Position numbers and translations under genes: made by a program | In this document: piece after piece, positions 10,086 to 20,572 of the stretch | How the letters are laid out: the number at the start of each line of letters is the position of its first letter | Numbering within the stretch: position 1 is the first letter of the stretch | Origin: Spirulina sp. | Lineage (GTDB): Bacteria; Cyanobacteriota; Cyanobacteriia; Phormidesmidales; Phormidesmidaceae | DNA length: 64,000 bases | Direction of reading: 5' to 3' | Assembly (NCBI GenBank): GCA_044070495.1 | Contig: JBIPSI010000012.1 | Coordinates: forward strand, 64,001-128,000 | Notes under the pieces: generated by a model | Databases searched by the model: none | The model's input: the letters and a program-made list of their open reading frames with translations, nothing else | What the model was told of the DNA's origin: nothing

Positions 10086-11273
10086 ATGGGGTCTCGCCAC
10101 CGTTCCAGCCTCTACCACTCGCTCCATCGCTGGTGCCTTCCGCTGTATGGATCACTCCTGGCCCTCTACGGCTTCACCCTGCCAGCCCAAGCCGTCACCA
10201 TGGGCGAAGCCACCGCCCAGAGCCAGCCCCTCTACCCGGACGATGCCCTTTATCCCGACGATCCTCTGCCGAACCGGATGCCATCCCTACGGCCCCTGGA
10301 ACCGGCGGAACCGACGGCACTGGATGGCCCGCTCGTCTATCCCCTCGACGACTACCGCCTGACGGTGGGCGACATCATTTACATGATTGTTGCCAATGTG
10401 CCCGACTACAGCGGCACCTTCCAGGTGATGCCCGATGGATCGCTGAACTTGCCCGTGCTGGGGCGAGTGGAAGCCTGGGGCAAAACCCTGACCGAAGTGG
10501 AGCAGGTCATTACCGAGGCCTACACCACCGCCGAAATTCTGGTGGCACCCCGCATCACCGTTACCCTGTCTCAGATCAGCCCTCTGCGGATTGCGGTGAT
10601 TGGGGAAGTCACCCGTCCCGGCACCTATGCCCTCTCCCCGGATCAGGGCAAGCTGCCGACCGTCGCCATTGCCTTGGATGCGGCGGGGGGCATTACCCAG
10701 CGCACCGACCTGCGCTCGATTCAGGTGCGCCGAGTCAGCCCCAGCAATCGCCAGCAGGAAACCCTCACCGTTAGCCTGTGGGATGTGCTGACCCAGGGAG
10801 ACCGCAATCAGAATATTTCCCTGCGGGATGGCGACACGATTGTGGTGCCGAGGGCAGACCCCATTGCCATTGCAGACTCGCGGGAAATGGCTCGGTCTAC
10901 CTTTTCGTCGGGCCAGATTCGGGTCAACCTGGTGGGCGAAATTGCCAGCCCTGGGGTGATGGAAGTGCCCCCCGACACCTCGCTCTCGGAAGCGTTGCTG
11001 CTAGCCGGAAACTTTACCAACCGCTCCCGACGGGTGGATGTCCAACTGGTTCGCCTCAACCCCGATGGCACCGTGACCCAGCGCACCCTACCCGTCGATT
11101 TTGCCAGCGCCATCAACGACGATACCAATCCCCTGCTGCAAGACCGGGATGTGATTTTGGTGGGGCGCAACTGGTCAGCCTCCCTAAGCGACTCCATTGG
11201 CACCGTGCTGCAACCCCTGAGTGGGGCGTCTTCGCTGTTGAACCTGTTCCTGCCGTTTCTGTTACTTCGCTAA
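10086..11273 (+). CDS. wza: Polysaccharide export outer-membrane protein (Wza/KpsD type, SLBB repeats)
   Basis: YRLTVGD, PDGSLNLPVLG, VIGEVTRPGTY, LRDGDTIVVP; start uncertain between 9972 and 10086. Confidence 0.88.
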   Translation: MGSRHRSSLYHSLHRWCLPLYGSLLALYGFTLPAQAVTMGEATAQSQPLYPDDALYPDDPLPNRMPSLRPLEPAEPTALDGPLVYPLDDYRLTVGDIIYMIVANVPDYSGTFQVMPDGSLNLPVLGRVEAWGKTLTEVEQVITEAYTTAEILVAPRITVTLSQISPLRIAVIGEVTRPGTYALSPDQGKLPTVAIALDAAGGITQRTDLRSIQVRRVSPSNRQQETLTVSLWDVLTQGDRNQNISLRDGDTIVVPRADPIAIADSREMARSTFSSGQIRVNLVGEIASPGVMEVPPDTSLSEALLLAGNFTNRSRRVDVQLVRLNPDGTVTQRTLPVDFASAINDDTNPLLQDRDVILVGRNWSASLSDSIGTVLQPLSGASSLLNLFLPFLLLR

Positions 11274-11315
11274 GTTACTTCGCTAAGCCAACCTGCGGGT
11301 GTCTCCCCATCTACC

Positions 11316-13613
11316 ATGACCCACGATCTCGACATTACGACCCAACCCTCGCCCCCCATGTCGCCTATGGCGGGCACCGACTCCGGCCTGATGGGCACGG
11401 TGCTGGGCGTGGTGCGCCGCAAACTCTGGCTGATGCTGACCCTAGGATTGGCCATGGGGGCGATTTCGGTGGTTCAGAATGCCCAGGTGGTGCCTGTTTA
11501 TCAGAGCAGCTTTCGTCTGCTGGTGGAGCCGGTGAGGGATCAAAAAAATCTCTCCCGCCTAACGGATAGCCAACAGGGCGGCACCAAACAGGAGTTAGAC
11601 TACACGACCCAAATCGAGGTGCTGCTCAGCCCCGAAGTGCTTGAGCCGATTCTGGCGCAGGCGACGGATCGCTATCCCGACGTGAGTTATGGCGGCGTGA
11701 TTGGCAAGCTTTCGGTCTATCGCCTAGGGGAAACCAAAATTTTGGAGGTGAAGTATACCCACAGCAACCCGGATCGGGTGAAGGCGCTGCTGGAGGTTGT
11801 TGCCCAGGGATACCTAGAGTACAGCCTAGAATCCCAGCGTTCGCAACTGTTGCAGGGCATCGCCTTTGTGGATGAACGCATTCCCCTCATGCAACAGCGG
11901 GTGAACGATTTACAGCAAAATATCCAGAACCTACAACAAACCTACCAGTTCCTAGAACCCGACGACTTCGCCGCCGACCTGTTTGATCGCACCTCAGGCA
12001 TTACCAGCGCCCGACAGGCCCTACGGGATGAATTCATTGCCCTAGAGGCCCAGTACAACGCGCTCCTCGATCAGGCCAGTGCCTCGGCCACCCTGCGCCA
12101 GTCTGAGGCCTACGAAACCCTGCGCCAGGAATACCAAGTGCTGCGCCAGCAACTCGCCATCGAGTCGGCCCGCTTTGGCCCCAATAGCCCCACCATTCAG
12201 CTCATCCAGCGGCAGCAGGAAAACCTGGCCCCCCTCCTCTTTGAAGAAGCCGAGCGAGTGATTCAAGACCAGATTGCCCAGGTGATGGGCAGCATGGAGG
12301 TGATCGCCGCCCGTGATGAGGAGCTAGCGGCCACCGAAGCGGCCCTGCAAAGCCAAATTCAAGCGGTGCCGGGGGTATCTCGCAGCTACCAAGAACTACA
12401 GCGGGAGCTAATGCTGGCCTCCAACAGCCTGACCCGCTTCCAGGAAACGAAGGAAATTCTACAAATCCAGGCCTCCCAAAATGAAATTCCCTGGGAACTG
12501 ATTACTCCGCCCACCGACGCCCGCCGTAAACCCGGCACCTCTCCGATCAAAGCCTTGATGACGGGGTTTGCCATGGGAGCCGTTCTAGGGCTAGCCCTGG
12601 GCTACCTGATCGAAAAGCTGGCCAACACCTACTACACCCTCGACGACATCAAAAGGAAGGTGCCCCTGCCCGTTCTGGGGGCGATTCCCCTGTACCCCGA
12701 ACTAATGGATGCCCAGCCCGAAGCCCATGTGGTAGACCTGCGGCCAGAGACCGCCGCCACCTCCCTCGCCGCCGATGCAGAGGCCCTCAAAGCTCAGCTC
12801 AAGAGCATCATCAGCCCCAAACTCGGCAACTGGCAGGATTATGTCCTGGAGAAAAAGGCCGCTGACCCGATTCCGTTAGGCTTGGCCGAGACAGATGCCC
12901 AGGCTCCCACCTCGGCAAAATCCGCGAAATCCGATCCGTCCTCCGATTCGCCCTCCCCCGCCGACCGCTGGCTGATGGAATACGACAGCTACGGTTTTCT
13001 GGAAGCCTTTCGGGCCTTGCACGCTAACCTGGAGCCCTTCGCCCTGCGATCCCTCGTGGTCACCTCGGCCCTCCCCGGTGAGGGATCGACCACCGTGGCC
13101 GTACACCTGGTACAGGCCGCCGCCGCCATGGAAAAGCGCGTGCTGTTGGTGGATGGTCAGTTTCGCCGGGGGGGCACTCGGCTGAGTTCCCTACTGGGCA
13201 TTCGGGCGGAACCGGGCCTGAGCGACTACATCAACAACCGGGCCAGCCTCAACGACATTACCCAACGGTTGTCGTGGGAGTCGAATTTGTTTGCCATCAG
13301 TTCGGGTACCCCGTCTATGGACCCCACCCGGTTGCTGTCGTCGTCGCGCATGAAAGAACTGATGGCCCGCATGGAAAAAAACTTTGACCTGGTGGTCTAT
13401 ACCATGCCGCCCCTGATGGGTCTGGCCGATGTCAGTCTGGTGGCCTCGAAGACCAACGGCGTTCTCTTGGTCACCTCCCTCGGTCGCCGCCGCATTGCCG
13501 ATGCCCTCAACCGCACCCTAGAACGAATGCAGGTGGCGCGGGTGCCCATCATCGGGCTAGTGGTGAACCAGGTGAAGAACTACGCCGTAGATTTCTATGC
13601 CCGGTCGGGGTAG
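11316..13613 (+). CDS. wzc: Polysaccharide co-polymerase (Wzc/GumC-like) with degenerate tyrosine-kinase domain
   Basis: Two TM segments around a coiled-coil periplasmic region; PVLGAIP, EAFRAL, VTSALPGEG. Confidence 0.85.
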   Translation: MTHDLDITTQPSPPMSPMAGTDSGLMGTVLGVVRRKLWLMLTLGLAMGAISVVQNAQVVPVYQSSFRLLVEPVRDQKNLSRLTDSQQGGTKQELDYTTQIEVLLSPEVLEPILAQATDRYPDVSYGGVIGKLSVYRLGETKILEVKYTHSNPDRVKALLEVVAQGYLEYSLESQRSQLLQGIAFVDERIPLMQQRVNDLQQNIQNLQQTYQFLEPDDFAADLFDRTSGITSARQALRDEFIALEAQYNALLDQASASATLRQSEAYETLRQEYQVLRQQLAIESARFGPNSPTIQLIQRQQENLAPLLFEEAERVIQDQIAQVMGSMEVIAARDEELAATEAALQSQIQAVPGVSRSYQELQRELMLASNSLTRFQETKEILQIQASQNEIPWELITPPTDARRKPGTSPIKALMTGFAMGAVLGLALGYLIEKLANTYYTLDDIKRKVPLPVLGAIPLYPELMDAQPEAHVVDLRPETAATSLAADAEALKAQLKSIISPKLGNWQDYVLEKKAADPIPLGLAETDAQAPTSAKSAKSDPSSDSPSPADRWLMEYDSYGFLEAFRALHANLEPFALRSLVVTSALPGEGSTTVAVHLVQAAAAMEKRVLLVDGQFRRGGTRLSSLLGIRAEPGLSDYINNRASLNDITQRLSWESNLFAISSGTPSMDPTRLLSSSRMKELMARMEKNFDLVVYTMPPLMGLADVSLVASKTNGVLLVTSLGRRRIADALNRTLERMQVARVPIIGLVVNQVKNYAVDFYARSG

Positions 13614-13621
13614 AAACCTGC

Positions 13622-13762
13622 GGGTGTATGCAACCGTTGGGGGATCCCCCCTGCCCCCCTTGGGAAGGGGGATCTGAGTCCGCCTCAAAGTCCCCCTTCC
13701 CAAGGGGGATTTAGGGGGATCCCCAGCCTGAGCCGTTAGTCCCCCAAGCCCTGGATACGCCC
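13622..13762. mobile_element. MITE-like element with internal double hairpin
   Basis: Imperfect inverted ends GGGTGTAT/ATACGCCC, ACCTGC on both flanks, core related to 7044-7119 and 62924-63000. Confidence 0.6.
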
Positions 13763-13905
13763 GACACCTGCGGGTATGGGCTGACTTGTCTTCGGCATCA
13801 ACGGGCAAGGAAACCTCGCCCCTACGTTTTGCCTAAATGGTTGGGCAAACGTGATCGCAAACATCCGACCCGCACCATAGAAATCATGCCGCACCGGATC
13901 TCCCT

Positions 13906-15273
13906 ATGACGTTGGCCGCCTCTCAGACCGAAAAGCTATCCCCGTCTGGATCTTCTGATCCCCAGCCCTTGCCCCGTCGCGTGCTGATCGTCAGCCCCCA
14001 CTTTCCGCCGATCAATGCGCCCGATCACCAGCGCATTCGCACCGCCTTGCCCTACCTCAGCGAATTTGGCTGGGAGGCCGAAATCCTCACCGTTTCCCCA
14101 AAAGAAGTCCCCCATCCCCAGGATGATCTGCTGCAGCAAGCCCTGCCGGAATCCCTAGCAGTCCACACCGTCAATGCCTTGCCGAAGCGGCTAACCAAGC
14201 TGGTGGGCCTAGGGAATGTGGGCTGGCGTTGTTTGCCCTACCTGGCCCAGGCCGGAAATCAGCTTTTAGCGCAGCAATCCTTCGATTTAGTCTTTTTTTC
14301 GACCACCATCTTTCCGGTGATGATTTTGGGGCCTTACTGGCGGCGGCGGTTTGGCGTTCCCTTTGTGGTGGATTTTCAAGACCCCTGGCGCGTGGAGGCC
14401 GCCCCCGCCGGACAACACCGCCCCGGTGGACGCCTCAAATACGCCCTGGATAAAGCCCTCGCCGCCTTTTGGGAACCCAGGGTGATGTGGCAGGTCAGCC
14501 AGGTGATTTCGGTCTCCCCCGCCTATCCCAAAACCTTGCAGCGCCACTATCCCTGGCTCCAGGCCTATCAGCTTACGGTGCTGCCCTTTGGTGCCCCGGA
14601 GGCAGATTTTGATCGGTTGCCCCATCTACCTATTTGTCAGACCCACTTCAATCCCCAGGATGGCCGCCAGCATTGGGTTTACGTGGGTCGGGGTGGGCCA
14701 GATATGGCCCTGGCGTTGCGCGGCCTGTTTTTGGGCCTAAAGCAATGGCGATGCCAAGACCCAAACCTGCACCAGCGGCTCCACCTTCACTTCGTCGGCA
14801 CTAGCTACGCCCCCGCTGGGCAAGGCACCCCAACCATTCAGCCCATCGCCACGGCCTGCGGCGTCGATGACCTCGTCACCGAGCATCCCCAACGCATCCC
14901 CTACTTTGAGGCCCAAAGGCTGCTCACCGACAGCGATGTCATCCTGCTGATTGGTTCCGCCGACCCCCAATACACGGCCTCCAAGCTCTACCCAGCCATT
15001 TTGGCGAAAAAGCCGATGTTGGCCATTTTCCATCAAGCCAGCTCCGTCGTAGACATTCTGCACCAAACCCAAGCGGGCCAAGCCGTCACCTTTGATGAAC
15101 ACACCGACCCCGCCCACCTTGCGGAGCAAGTGATTCCCCACCTGAAAACCTTACTAGACCACCCTCAAAACACCCCACCGCCCACCGATTGGCAGGCCTT
15201 CGCGCCCTACACCGCCCACACCATGACCCAAACCCTATGCCGAGTGTTTGACCAAGCGGTTCCCTCTCCCTAA
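13906..15273 (+). CDS. Glycosyltransferase, GT4-like
   Basis: VLIVSPHFPP, VVDFQDPW, YVGRGG, YTASKLY. Confidence 0.8.
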   Translation: MTLAASQTEKLSPSGSSDPQPLPRRVLIVSPHFPPINAPDHQRIRTALPYLSEFGWEAEILTVSPKEVPHPQDDLLQQALPESLAVHTVNALPKRLTKLVGLGNVGWRCLPYLAQAGNQLLAQQSFDLVFFSTTIFPVMILGPYWRRRFGVPFVVDFQDPWRVEAAPAGQHRPGGRLKYALDKALAAFWEPRVMWQVSQVISVSPAYPKTLQRHYPWLQAYQLTVLPFGAPEADFDRLPHLPICQTHFNPQDGRQHWVYVGRGGPDMALALRGLFLGLKQWRCQDPNLHQRLHLHFVGTSYAPAGQGTPTIQPIATACGVDDLVTEHPQRIPYFEAQRLLTDSDVILLIGSADPQYTASKLYPAILAKKPMLAIFHQASSVVDILHQTQAGQAVTFDEHTDPAHLAEQVIPHLKTLLDHPQNTPPPTDWQAFAPYTAHTMTQTLCRVFDQAVPSP

Positions 15274-15283
15274 CGCCCAAACC

Positions 15284-16837
15284 ATGGCCCTTCCCCCTCC
15301 CCCTAAACCCCAAACCATGACCCTCCTGTTCTGGGCTGGAATGGCGGCGTTGCTGCTCGCCAACCTAGACAGCTTGCGGTCTGTGCCCCCCTCTACTGCC
15401 CTGGGGGCCTTAGCGATTGGGGTCGCCTGCATGTTCCCCGTGTATCTCTGGTGCGATGGCCAGGTGCAGGGGTTGCCCGTTTTTCCCTTCTTTTCGCTCA
15501 CCTATTTGTGGACGTTTTGCCTACCCCTGCTGAGCGAAAATCCCAATGTGTGGGCCTACAGCCCCGAAGCGCAGCTTCGGGCCGCCCTATCCACGGTGCT
15601 GTTTTTGGTGAGTGGCACCGTGGTTTGGCTACAAATTGTGCGCACACCGAAGGCCATCAAGAAGCCCTTTCGTGCCCTAAAAACCGACACCGCCGATAAC
15701 GTTTTCATCGCCATGGTGGCGGCGGGAGCTTTTTTGAATATGTACGTGGTCGGCGGCTGGAGCGGCATCCCCGACAAGCTGTTTACCATCGTGCGGGGGA
15801 TCATTCTGGGGCTGAGCTTTTTAGGAATCTTTGTGCTGGCCTACCGGGCGGGGCAAAATTCCATGCCGCGCACCAAGCAGTACATTTTCTTTGCGGCCCT
15901 GGTGGCCAATATCGCCACCGCTGCGGCAGGATTGATCCTCAAAACAGCGCTAACCCTGTTTTTGCTGTCGGTGATGGCCTATGTTATTGGCGGCAAAAGA
16001 CTTCCTGTGATTGGCTTGTTGATGGGATTTTTTCTGCTGCTGCCTCTCCACTATGGCAAACACGAAATGCGCCATAAATATTGGGAAAGTGAAACGGCTC
16101 ACTATGTGCAGCCTTGGCAGTATCCAGCCTGGTTTAGCGAGTGGCATGGCTATGCCAAAGAAAACAAAAATCATGTTCCTGAACGGTGGGAAAAAGTCGA
16201 AAAAAAAGAGTCCTTTGTGGAACGATCCAGCGTTATCCATATGCTGATGATGGCACAGGAAAAGATTCCAGAACCCTACCCCTACCTAGGCGGCAAAACC
16301 TACGCCATTATTCCTGGACTGTTGGTACCAAGAATTTTGAATCCTCAAAAACCCCGCAGTCACGAAGGCACTCACATGCTGAACGTCCATGTGCGGCGGC
16401 AAACCTACCAACAAACCTGGAAAACCACCATCGCCTGGGGATTACTGCCAGAAGCCTACGCTAACTTCGGCTATTTTGGCTGCCTGCTGATTGGCGGCAT
16501 TATGGGCGCATTCTACGGCACCATTACCCTAGCGGCCATTGGCACTCCACCCTTCTCCGCTCGAATGATGTTTTGTGTCTTGGTGATGAGTTTGGCCTTA
16601 GCCTCTACAGAATGGACGGCAGGTGTGTATGCTGCCACGCTCTTTCAATCGTCAGTGCCCATTGTTGGCATCAAGTATGCCTTTATGAAAGTCTATCGGC
16701 CTAACTCGCGAGGTCGAAAACCGAATAATCTCCTAGCCTATAAATCTCCAGTTAAAAATTACTATCCCTATTTAATACAGCCCAAAAGACAAGAACATCA
16801 GGCCGTGAGTCGTGATCCGACACAGCTAAATCTGTAG
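15284..16837 (+). CDS. Polytopic membrane protein, putative Wzy-like polymerase
   Basis: About 10-12 hydrophobic segments, large loop with VPRILNPQKP and EAYANFG; position in cluster. Confidence 0.6.
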   Translation: MALPPPPKPQTMTLLFWAGMAALLLANLDSLRSVPPSTALGALAIGVACMFPVYLWCDGQVQGLPVFPFFSLTYLWTFCLPLLSENPNVWAYSPEAQLRAALSTVLFLVSGTVVWLQIVRTPKAIKKPFRALKTDTADNVFIAMVAAGAFLNMYVVGGWSGIPDKLFTIVRGIILGLSFLGIFVLAYRAGQNSMPRTKQYIFFAALVANIATAAAGLILKTALTLFLLSVMAYVIGGKRLPVIGLLMGFFLLLPLHYGKHEMRHKYWESETAHYVQPWQYPAWFSEWHGYAKENKNHVPERWEKVEKKESFVERSSVIHMLMMAQEKIPEPYPYLGGKTYAIIPGLLVPRILNPQKPRSHEGTHMLNVHVRRQTYQQTWKTTIAWGLLPEAYANFGYFGCLLIGGIMGAFYGTITLAAIGTPPFSARMMFCVLVMSLALASTEWTAGVYAATLFQSSVPIVGIKYAFMKVYRPNSRGRKPNNLLAYKSPVKNYYPYLIQPKRQEHQAVSRDPTQLNL

Positions 16838-16882
16838 GTTGGGTGTAGCGATAGCGGAACCCAACAGTCTAGTGTTGGGTTC
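16834..16882. repeat. REP-like GTAGGTTGGGT...AACCCAAC element, partial copy of the 85-bp element
   Basis: Similarity to 21843-21927; supplies the TAG stop of the upstream gene. Confidence 0.75.
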
Positions 16883-16924
16883 TATCGTACCGATTCTTTA
16901 AAACCTTCGTTCCGGTAAAATCCC

Positions 16925-18094
16925 ATGGCTCGCCTTGCTGTCATCACCTCCCACCCAATTCAATACTACGCACCCTGGTTTCGTTACCTGCAAACAAGCT
17001 CTAGTTTAACCCTGCGAGTTTTTTATTTATTGGATTCAACGGTCACAAATCAGGCCGATCAACAGTTTAAGGGGGGTATGCAATGGGATATTCCTTTACT
17101 AGAAGGCCATGATTATGAATTTGTCCCCAACATCAGCCACAGACCGGGGACAGGTCACTTTTGGGGATTACAAAATCCAACCCTCATCCAACAGGTGAAA
17201 GCTTTCCAACCGGATGCGGTGTTGATGATGAACTACAACTACGCCAGCCTGTACAGGTTTTTATCTTCTTGGAAAGGCACGCCGCTGCTGTTTCGGGGAG
17301 ATTCCCATCGCCTGATCCCTGAAATCGGTCTAAAGGCTAACCTGAAGCGACAGTGGATTACCCAGATTTATCGACGCTTTGATGCCTGTCTCTATGTGGG
17401 TAAGGCGAATCGAGATTATTTTCGATATCACGGCGTTGAGGAAAATCGACTCTTCTTTTCGCCCCACGCCATCGACAATGATCGGTTTATCGGACAGGCT
17501 AAAACAGCCGCCCTAGAAGCTGTTCAGTGGAAGAAAGATCTGGGTATCCTCCTAGATCACCAAGTCATTCTATTTGCGGGCAAGTTTATTGCCAAAAAAC
17601 GTCCCTTAGATTTGCTTCAGGCTTTTCTCAAGGCAGACTTATCTAACGTCTCGCTACTCTTTGTCGGTGCGGGTGAATTGGAAGATGACCTCAGACGACA
17701 GGCCCAGCTATCTAAACATCCCCATATTTACTTTGCACCCTTTCAAAATCAAAGCACGATGCCCCGCACCTATGCGGCGGGGGATGTGATGGTTTTACCG
17801 AGCTATGGCCCCAGCGAAACCTGGGGGCTAGCCGTTAACGAAGCTTTCTGTTTGGGAGTACCCGTGATCGTGAGCGACCATGTGGGTTGCGCGTCGGATC
17901 TCGTCATACCCGAAAAAACGGGTTTAATCTTTCCTGCCGGGGATGTTGATGCCCTGAGCCGCAGCTTACAGACTGCCTTTAGCGAGGGTGGTCGGCAACT
18001 CACATTATGGGGACAAAACGGACAACACCACATTGCCCACTACAGCTATCGCTACGCCACCGAGGGATTACTCTCGGCCCTCTCGGCCTCATAA
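16925..18094 (+). CDS. Glycosyltransferase family 4
   Basis: SHPIQYYAP, FAGKFIAKKRP, ETWGLAVNEA. Confidence 0.92.
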   Translation: MARLAVITSHPIQYYAPWFRYLQTSSSLTLRVFYLLDSTVTNQADQQFKGGMQWDIPLLEGHDYEFVPNISHRPGTGHFWGLQNPTLIQQVKAFQPDAVLMMNYNYASLYRFLSSWKGTPLLFRGDSHRLIPEIGLKANLKRQWITQIYRRFDACLYVGKANRDYFRYHGVEENRLFFSPHAIDNDRFIGQAKTAALEAVQWKKDLGILLDHQVILFAGKFIAKKRPLDLLQAFLKADLSNVSLLFVGAGELEDDLRRQAQLSKHPHIYFAPFQNQSTMPRTYAAGDVMVLPSYGPSETWGLAVNEAFCLGVPVIVSDHVGCASDLVIPEKTGLIFPAGDVDALSRSLQTAFSEGGRQLTLWGQNGQHHIAHYSYRYATEGLLSALSAS

Positions 18095-18181
18095 AGTCAT
18101 ACATCCACGAACACGATGCTAAACCCGAACGCAAACTTGCCTCCCCCAAACTAAGAACTATCAACTCTCTTCCCACACATT

Positions 18182-19228
18182 ATGTTTCCACTGATAGTTC
18201 TGGGGGCTGCGGCCCTAACGGTTGTGAGCCTAACACCTATAGTCCAAAGTCTGGGCCTGAAATTAGATTGTGTGGATCAGCCCAACGCCCGCAAGATTCA
18301 TCAACAACCCATCGTCCGGATTGGTGGGGTCGGAATTTTTGCGGGCACCTTTTTGGCTTGGTTACTGGTGGGCAGATTGGGCCTAAATGCCCTAGACAGC
18401 TCTATTTTTCTGGGCCTGTTGTTGGGCGGTCTGGGCTTTTTTGCCACGGGTTTATTGGATGACCTGTTTAACCTATCGCCCTTTGTGCGGTTGGGGATGC
18501 AGGCGATCCTGTCGGCAACGGTGTGGAGTCTGGGTATCCGGCTGGAGGCTCTGCCCCTGCCCGGTTTGACGGAAGCGTTACCGCCCTGGCTGAGCCTGCT
18601 GGTGACGTTCCTCTGGCTGGCGGGCATGGCCAACGCCATCAACTGGCTAGACGGCATGGATGGCCTAGCCGCAGGCACCACCACCGTCGCTGCCGCCGTT
18701 TTAGCCGCCATGATCTGGCCCCTGCATCCCGCCCTAGCGCTGATGGCCCTGGGCCTCTGCGGTGCCACCCTAGGCTTTTTGAAATACAACGCCGCCCCCG
18801 CCCGCATCTTCATGGGAGATGGCGGTTCCTACTTCCTAGGCTTTGCCCTCGCCGCTCTGGCCACCATCGGCCTCCCCACCAATGGATCCTTCACCACCGC
18901 CCTGCTGCCCTTCATGGTTCTCCTGGTTCCTGTGCTGGATATGACCCTAGTGATTGGGGCCAGACTAAGCGACCGCAAATCCCCCTTCCACCCCGACCAA
19001 CGCCACATCCACCACCGCCTGATGCACGCCCAGTTGCCAAAAGCCACCGTCGTCTGGTGCATCTACGGCCTCACCCTGCTATCCGGCCTAGGAGCCATGG
19101 CGCTCCAGCATACCAACGCGGGCTGGTGGCTGGTGGGAACGGCCCTCGCCCTCTTCACCCTCACCACTCGCACCCTCTGGCCCCAACCAGAAGAAACCCT
19201 TGCCAGTCTCCCCTCCGTCAGTCCATAA
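18182..19228 (+). CDS. WecA/MraY-family undecaprenyl-phosphate sugar-1-phosphate transferase
   Basis: RKIH, GLLDD, NAINWLDGMDGLA, IFMGDGGS, HIHHRL. Confidence 0.93.
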   Translation: MFPLIVLGAAALTVVSLTPIVQSLGLKLDCVDQPNARKIHQQPIVRIGGVGIFAGTFLAWLLVGRLGLNALDSSIFLGLLLGGLGFFATGLLDDLFNLSPFVRLGMQAILSATVWSLGIRLEALPLPGLTEALPPWLSLLVTFLWLAGMANAINWLDGMDGLAAGTTTVAAAVLAAMIWPLHPALALMALGLCGATLGFLKYNAAPARIFMGDGGSYFLGFALAALATIGLPTNGSFTTALLPFMVLLVPVLDMTLVIGARLSDRKSPFHPDQRHIHHRLMHAQLPKATVVWCIYGLTLLSGLGAMALQHTNAGWWLVGTALALFTLTTRTLWPQPEETLASLPSVSP

Positions 19229-19231
19229 AAA

Positions 19232-19301
19232 ATCCCCCCTCACCTTCACCTCCCCACCCCCTCACCTCCCCACCTTCCCACCCCTTCACCCCCACCCTCA
19301 C
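19232..19301. repeat. Short tandem C-rich repeat (CCCCTCAC-like units)
   Basis: Visible intergenic tandem array. Confidence 0.75.
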
Positions 19302-19302
19302 C

Positions 19303-20496
19303 ATGTCCCAAACCATCCACCTCTGGACCCCTGGCCTCTTTGACTTCAAAGGCGGCATTCAAACCTACTCAGGCTTTCTGCTTCAGGCGTTAAAGGCCGT
19401 CTTGCCGGAGGCCACCCTGCGCGTATTTACCATGCATGATCGGCCCATGGGGTTATCTCGAAAGGGCGTCTCCCGACTCACCTTTCACACGGCAGGGCAA
19501 GTTCATCCCCGGTTACGGACGGCCTACTTTGCCGCCCAGACGTTTCAAGAGGCTCTGTGGGAGCGGCCCGACCTAATCATCACCACCCACGTCAATTTCA
19601 CGCCCGTCGCCCATGCCCTCAAAACGCTGGTTGGGATTCCCTACATTGGCATCGCCCACGGGTTTGAAGCCTGGGACGTGAAGAAGCCCCAGGTGCGGCG
19701 GGGCATGGCCGGGGCCGACCGCATTTTGGCGGTGAGTGGCTTTACCTGCGACCGCATCCGCCAGTCCCAAGGGCTTCAGAACCTAGGCATTTTGCCCAAT
19801 ACCTTTGATGCCAATCGGTTTCAGATTAAGGCCAAACCAGACTACCTCCTCCAGCGCTATGGGCTGCAACCCGATCAGCCCGTCATCCTCACCGTTAACC
19901 GACTGGCAGCAGGCGAACCCTTCCACAGCTACGACCAGATTTTGGCGGCAATGCCCGCCATCCGCCAATCCCTCCCCAACGTGCATTACCTGATTGTTGG
20001 CAAAGGCGACGACCGACCCCGCCTAGAGCGGCTGATTGCCGAAGGCAACCTACAAGATTGCGTCACCCTGGCCGGGTTCATTGCCGACGACGAACTGCCC
20101 AACTACTACGCCCTCTGCGATGTGTTTGCCATGCCCAGCAAACTCGAAGGCTTCGGCATTGTCTACCTAGAAGCCCTGGCCAGCGGCAAACCTGTCCTAG
20201 CTGGATTCGACGGTGGCCGCAACGCCCTCAAACAGGGGGAACTCGGTGCCCTGGTCAATCCAGACAACGTGGACGCTATCGCCACCACCCTGACCCAAAT
20301 TCTGTCCGGCACCTACCCCAATGCCCTGATGTACGAACCCCAAATGCTCCGGCGAAACGTCATCCAAGCCTTTGGCCAGCCCACCTTTCAGCGCATTCTG
20401 GCGGAACATCTCTCCCAACTCTTGCAGCCTGCCGCCCCACCCCTCGACCAATCCGCAGAACCCCTGCATCCCGCGAGATTACTGGTTTCGCGATGA
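19303..20496 (+). CDS. Glycosyltransferase family 4
   Basis: KGGIQTY, AHGFE, EGFGIVYLEALA; start MSQTI at 19303. Confidence 0.92.
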   Translation: MSQTIHLWTPGLFDFKGGIQTYSGFLLQALKAVLPEATLRVFTMHDRPMGLSRKGVSRLTFHTAGQVHPRLRTAYFAAQTFQEALWERPDLIITTHVNFTPVAHALKTLVGIPYIGIAHGFEAWDVKKPQVRRGMAGADRILAVSGFTCDRIRQSQGLQNLGILPNTFDANRFQIKAKPDYLLQRYGLQPDQPVILTVNRLAAGEPFHSYDQILAAMPAIRQSLPNVHYLIVGKGDDRPRLERLIAEGNLQDCVTLAGFIADDELPNYYALCDVFAMPSKLEGFGIVYLEALASGKPVLAGFDGGRNALKQGELGALVNPDNVDAIATTLTQILSGTYPNALMYEPQMLRRNVIQAFGQPTFQRILAEHLSQLLQPAAPPLDQSAEPLHPARLLVSR

Positions 20497-20572
20497 CACC
20501 AAATCTACGGGATCCCCACCCCCCCGCAGGGGCAGGGTCTCCCCGCCCGCCCACCCCCATCCAGGCCCATCC

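Noticed and set aside
18523..19302. 657-aa ORF suggesting a long N-terminal domain on the GT4
   Set aside because: Alternative frame of the wecA-like gene plus a tandem repeat; the GT starts at 19303
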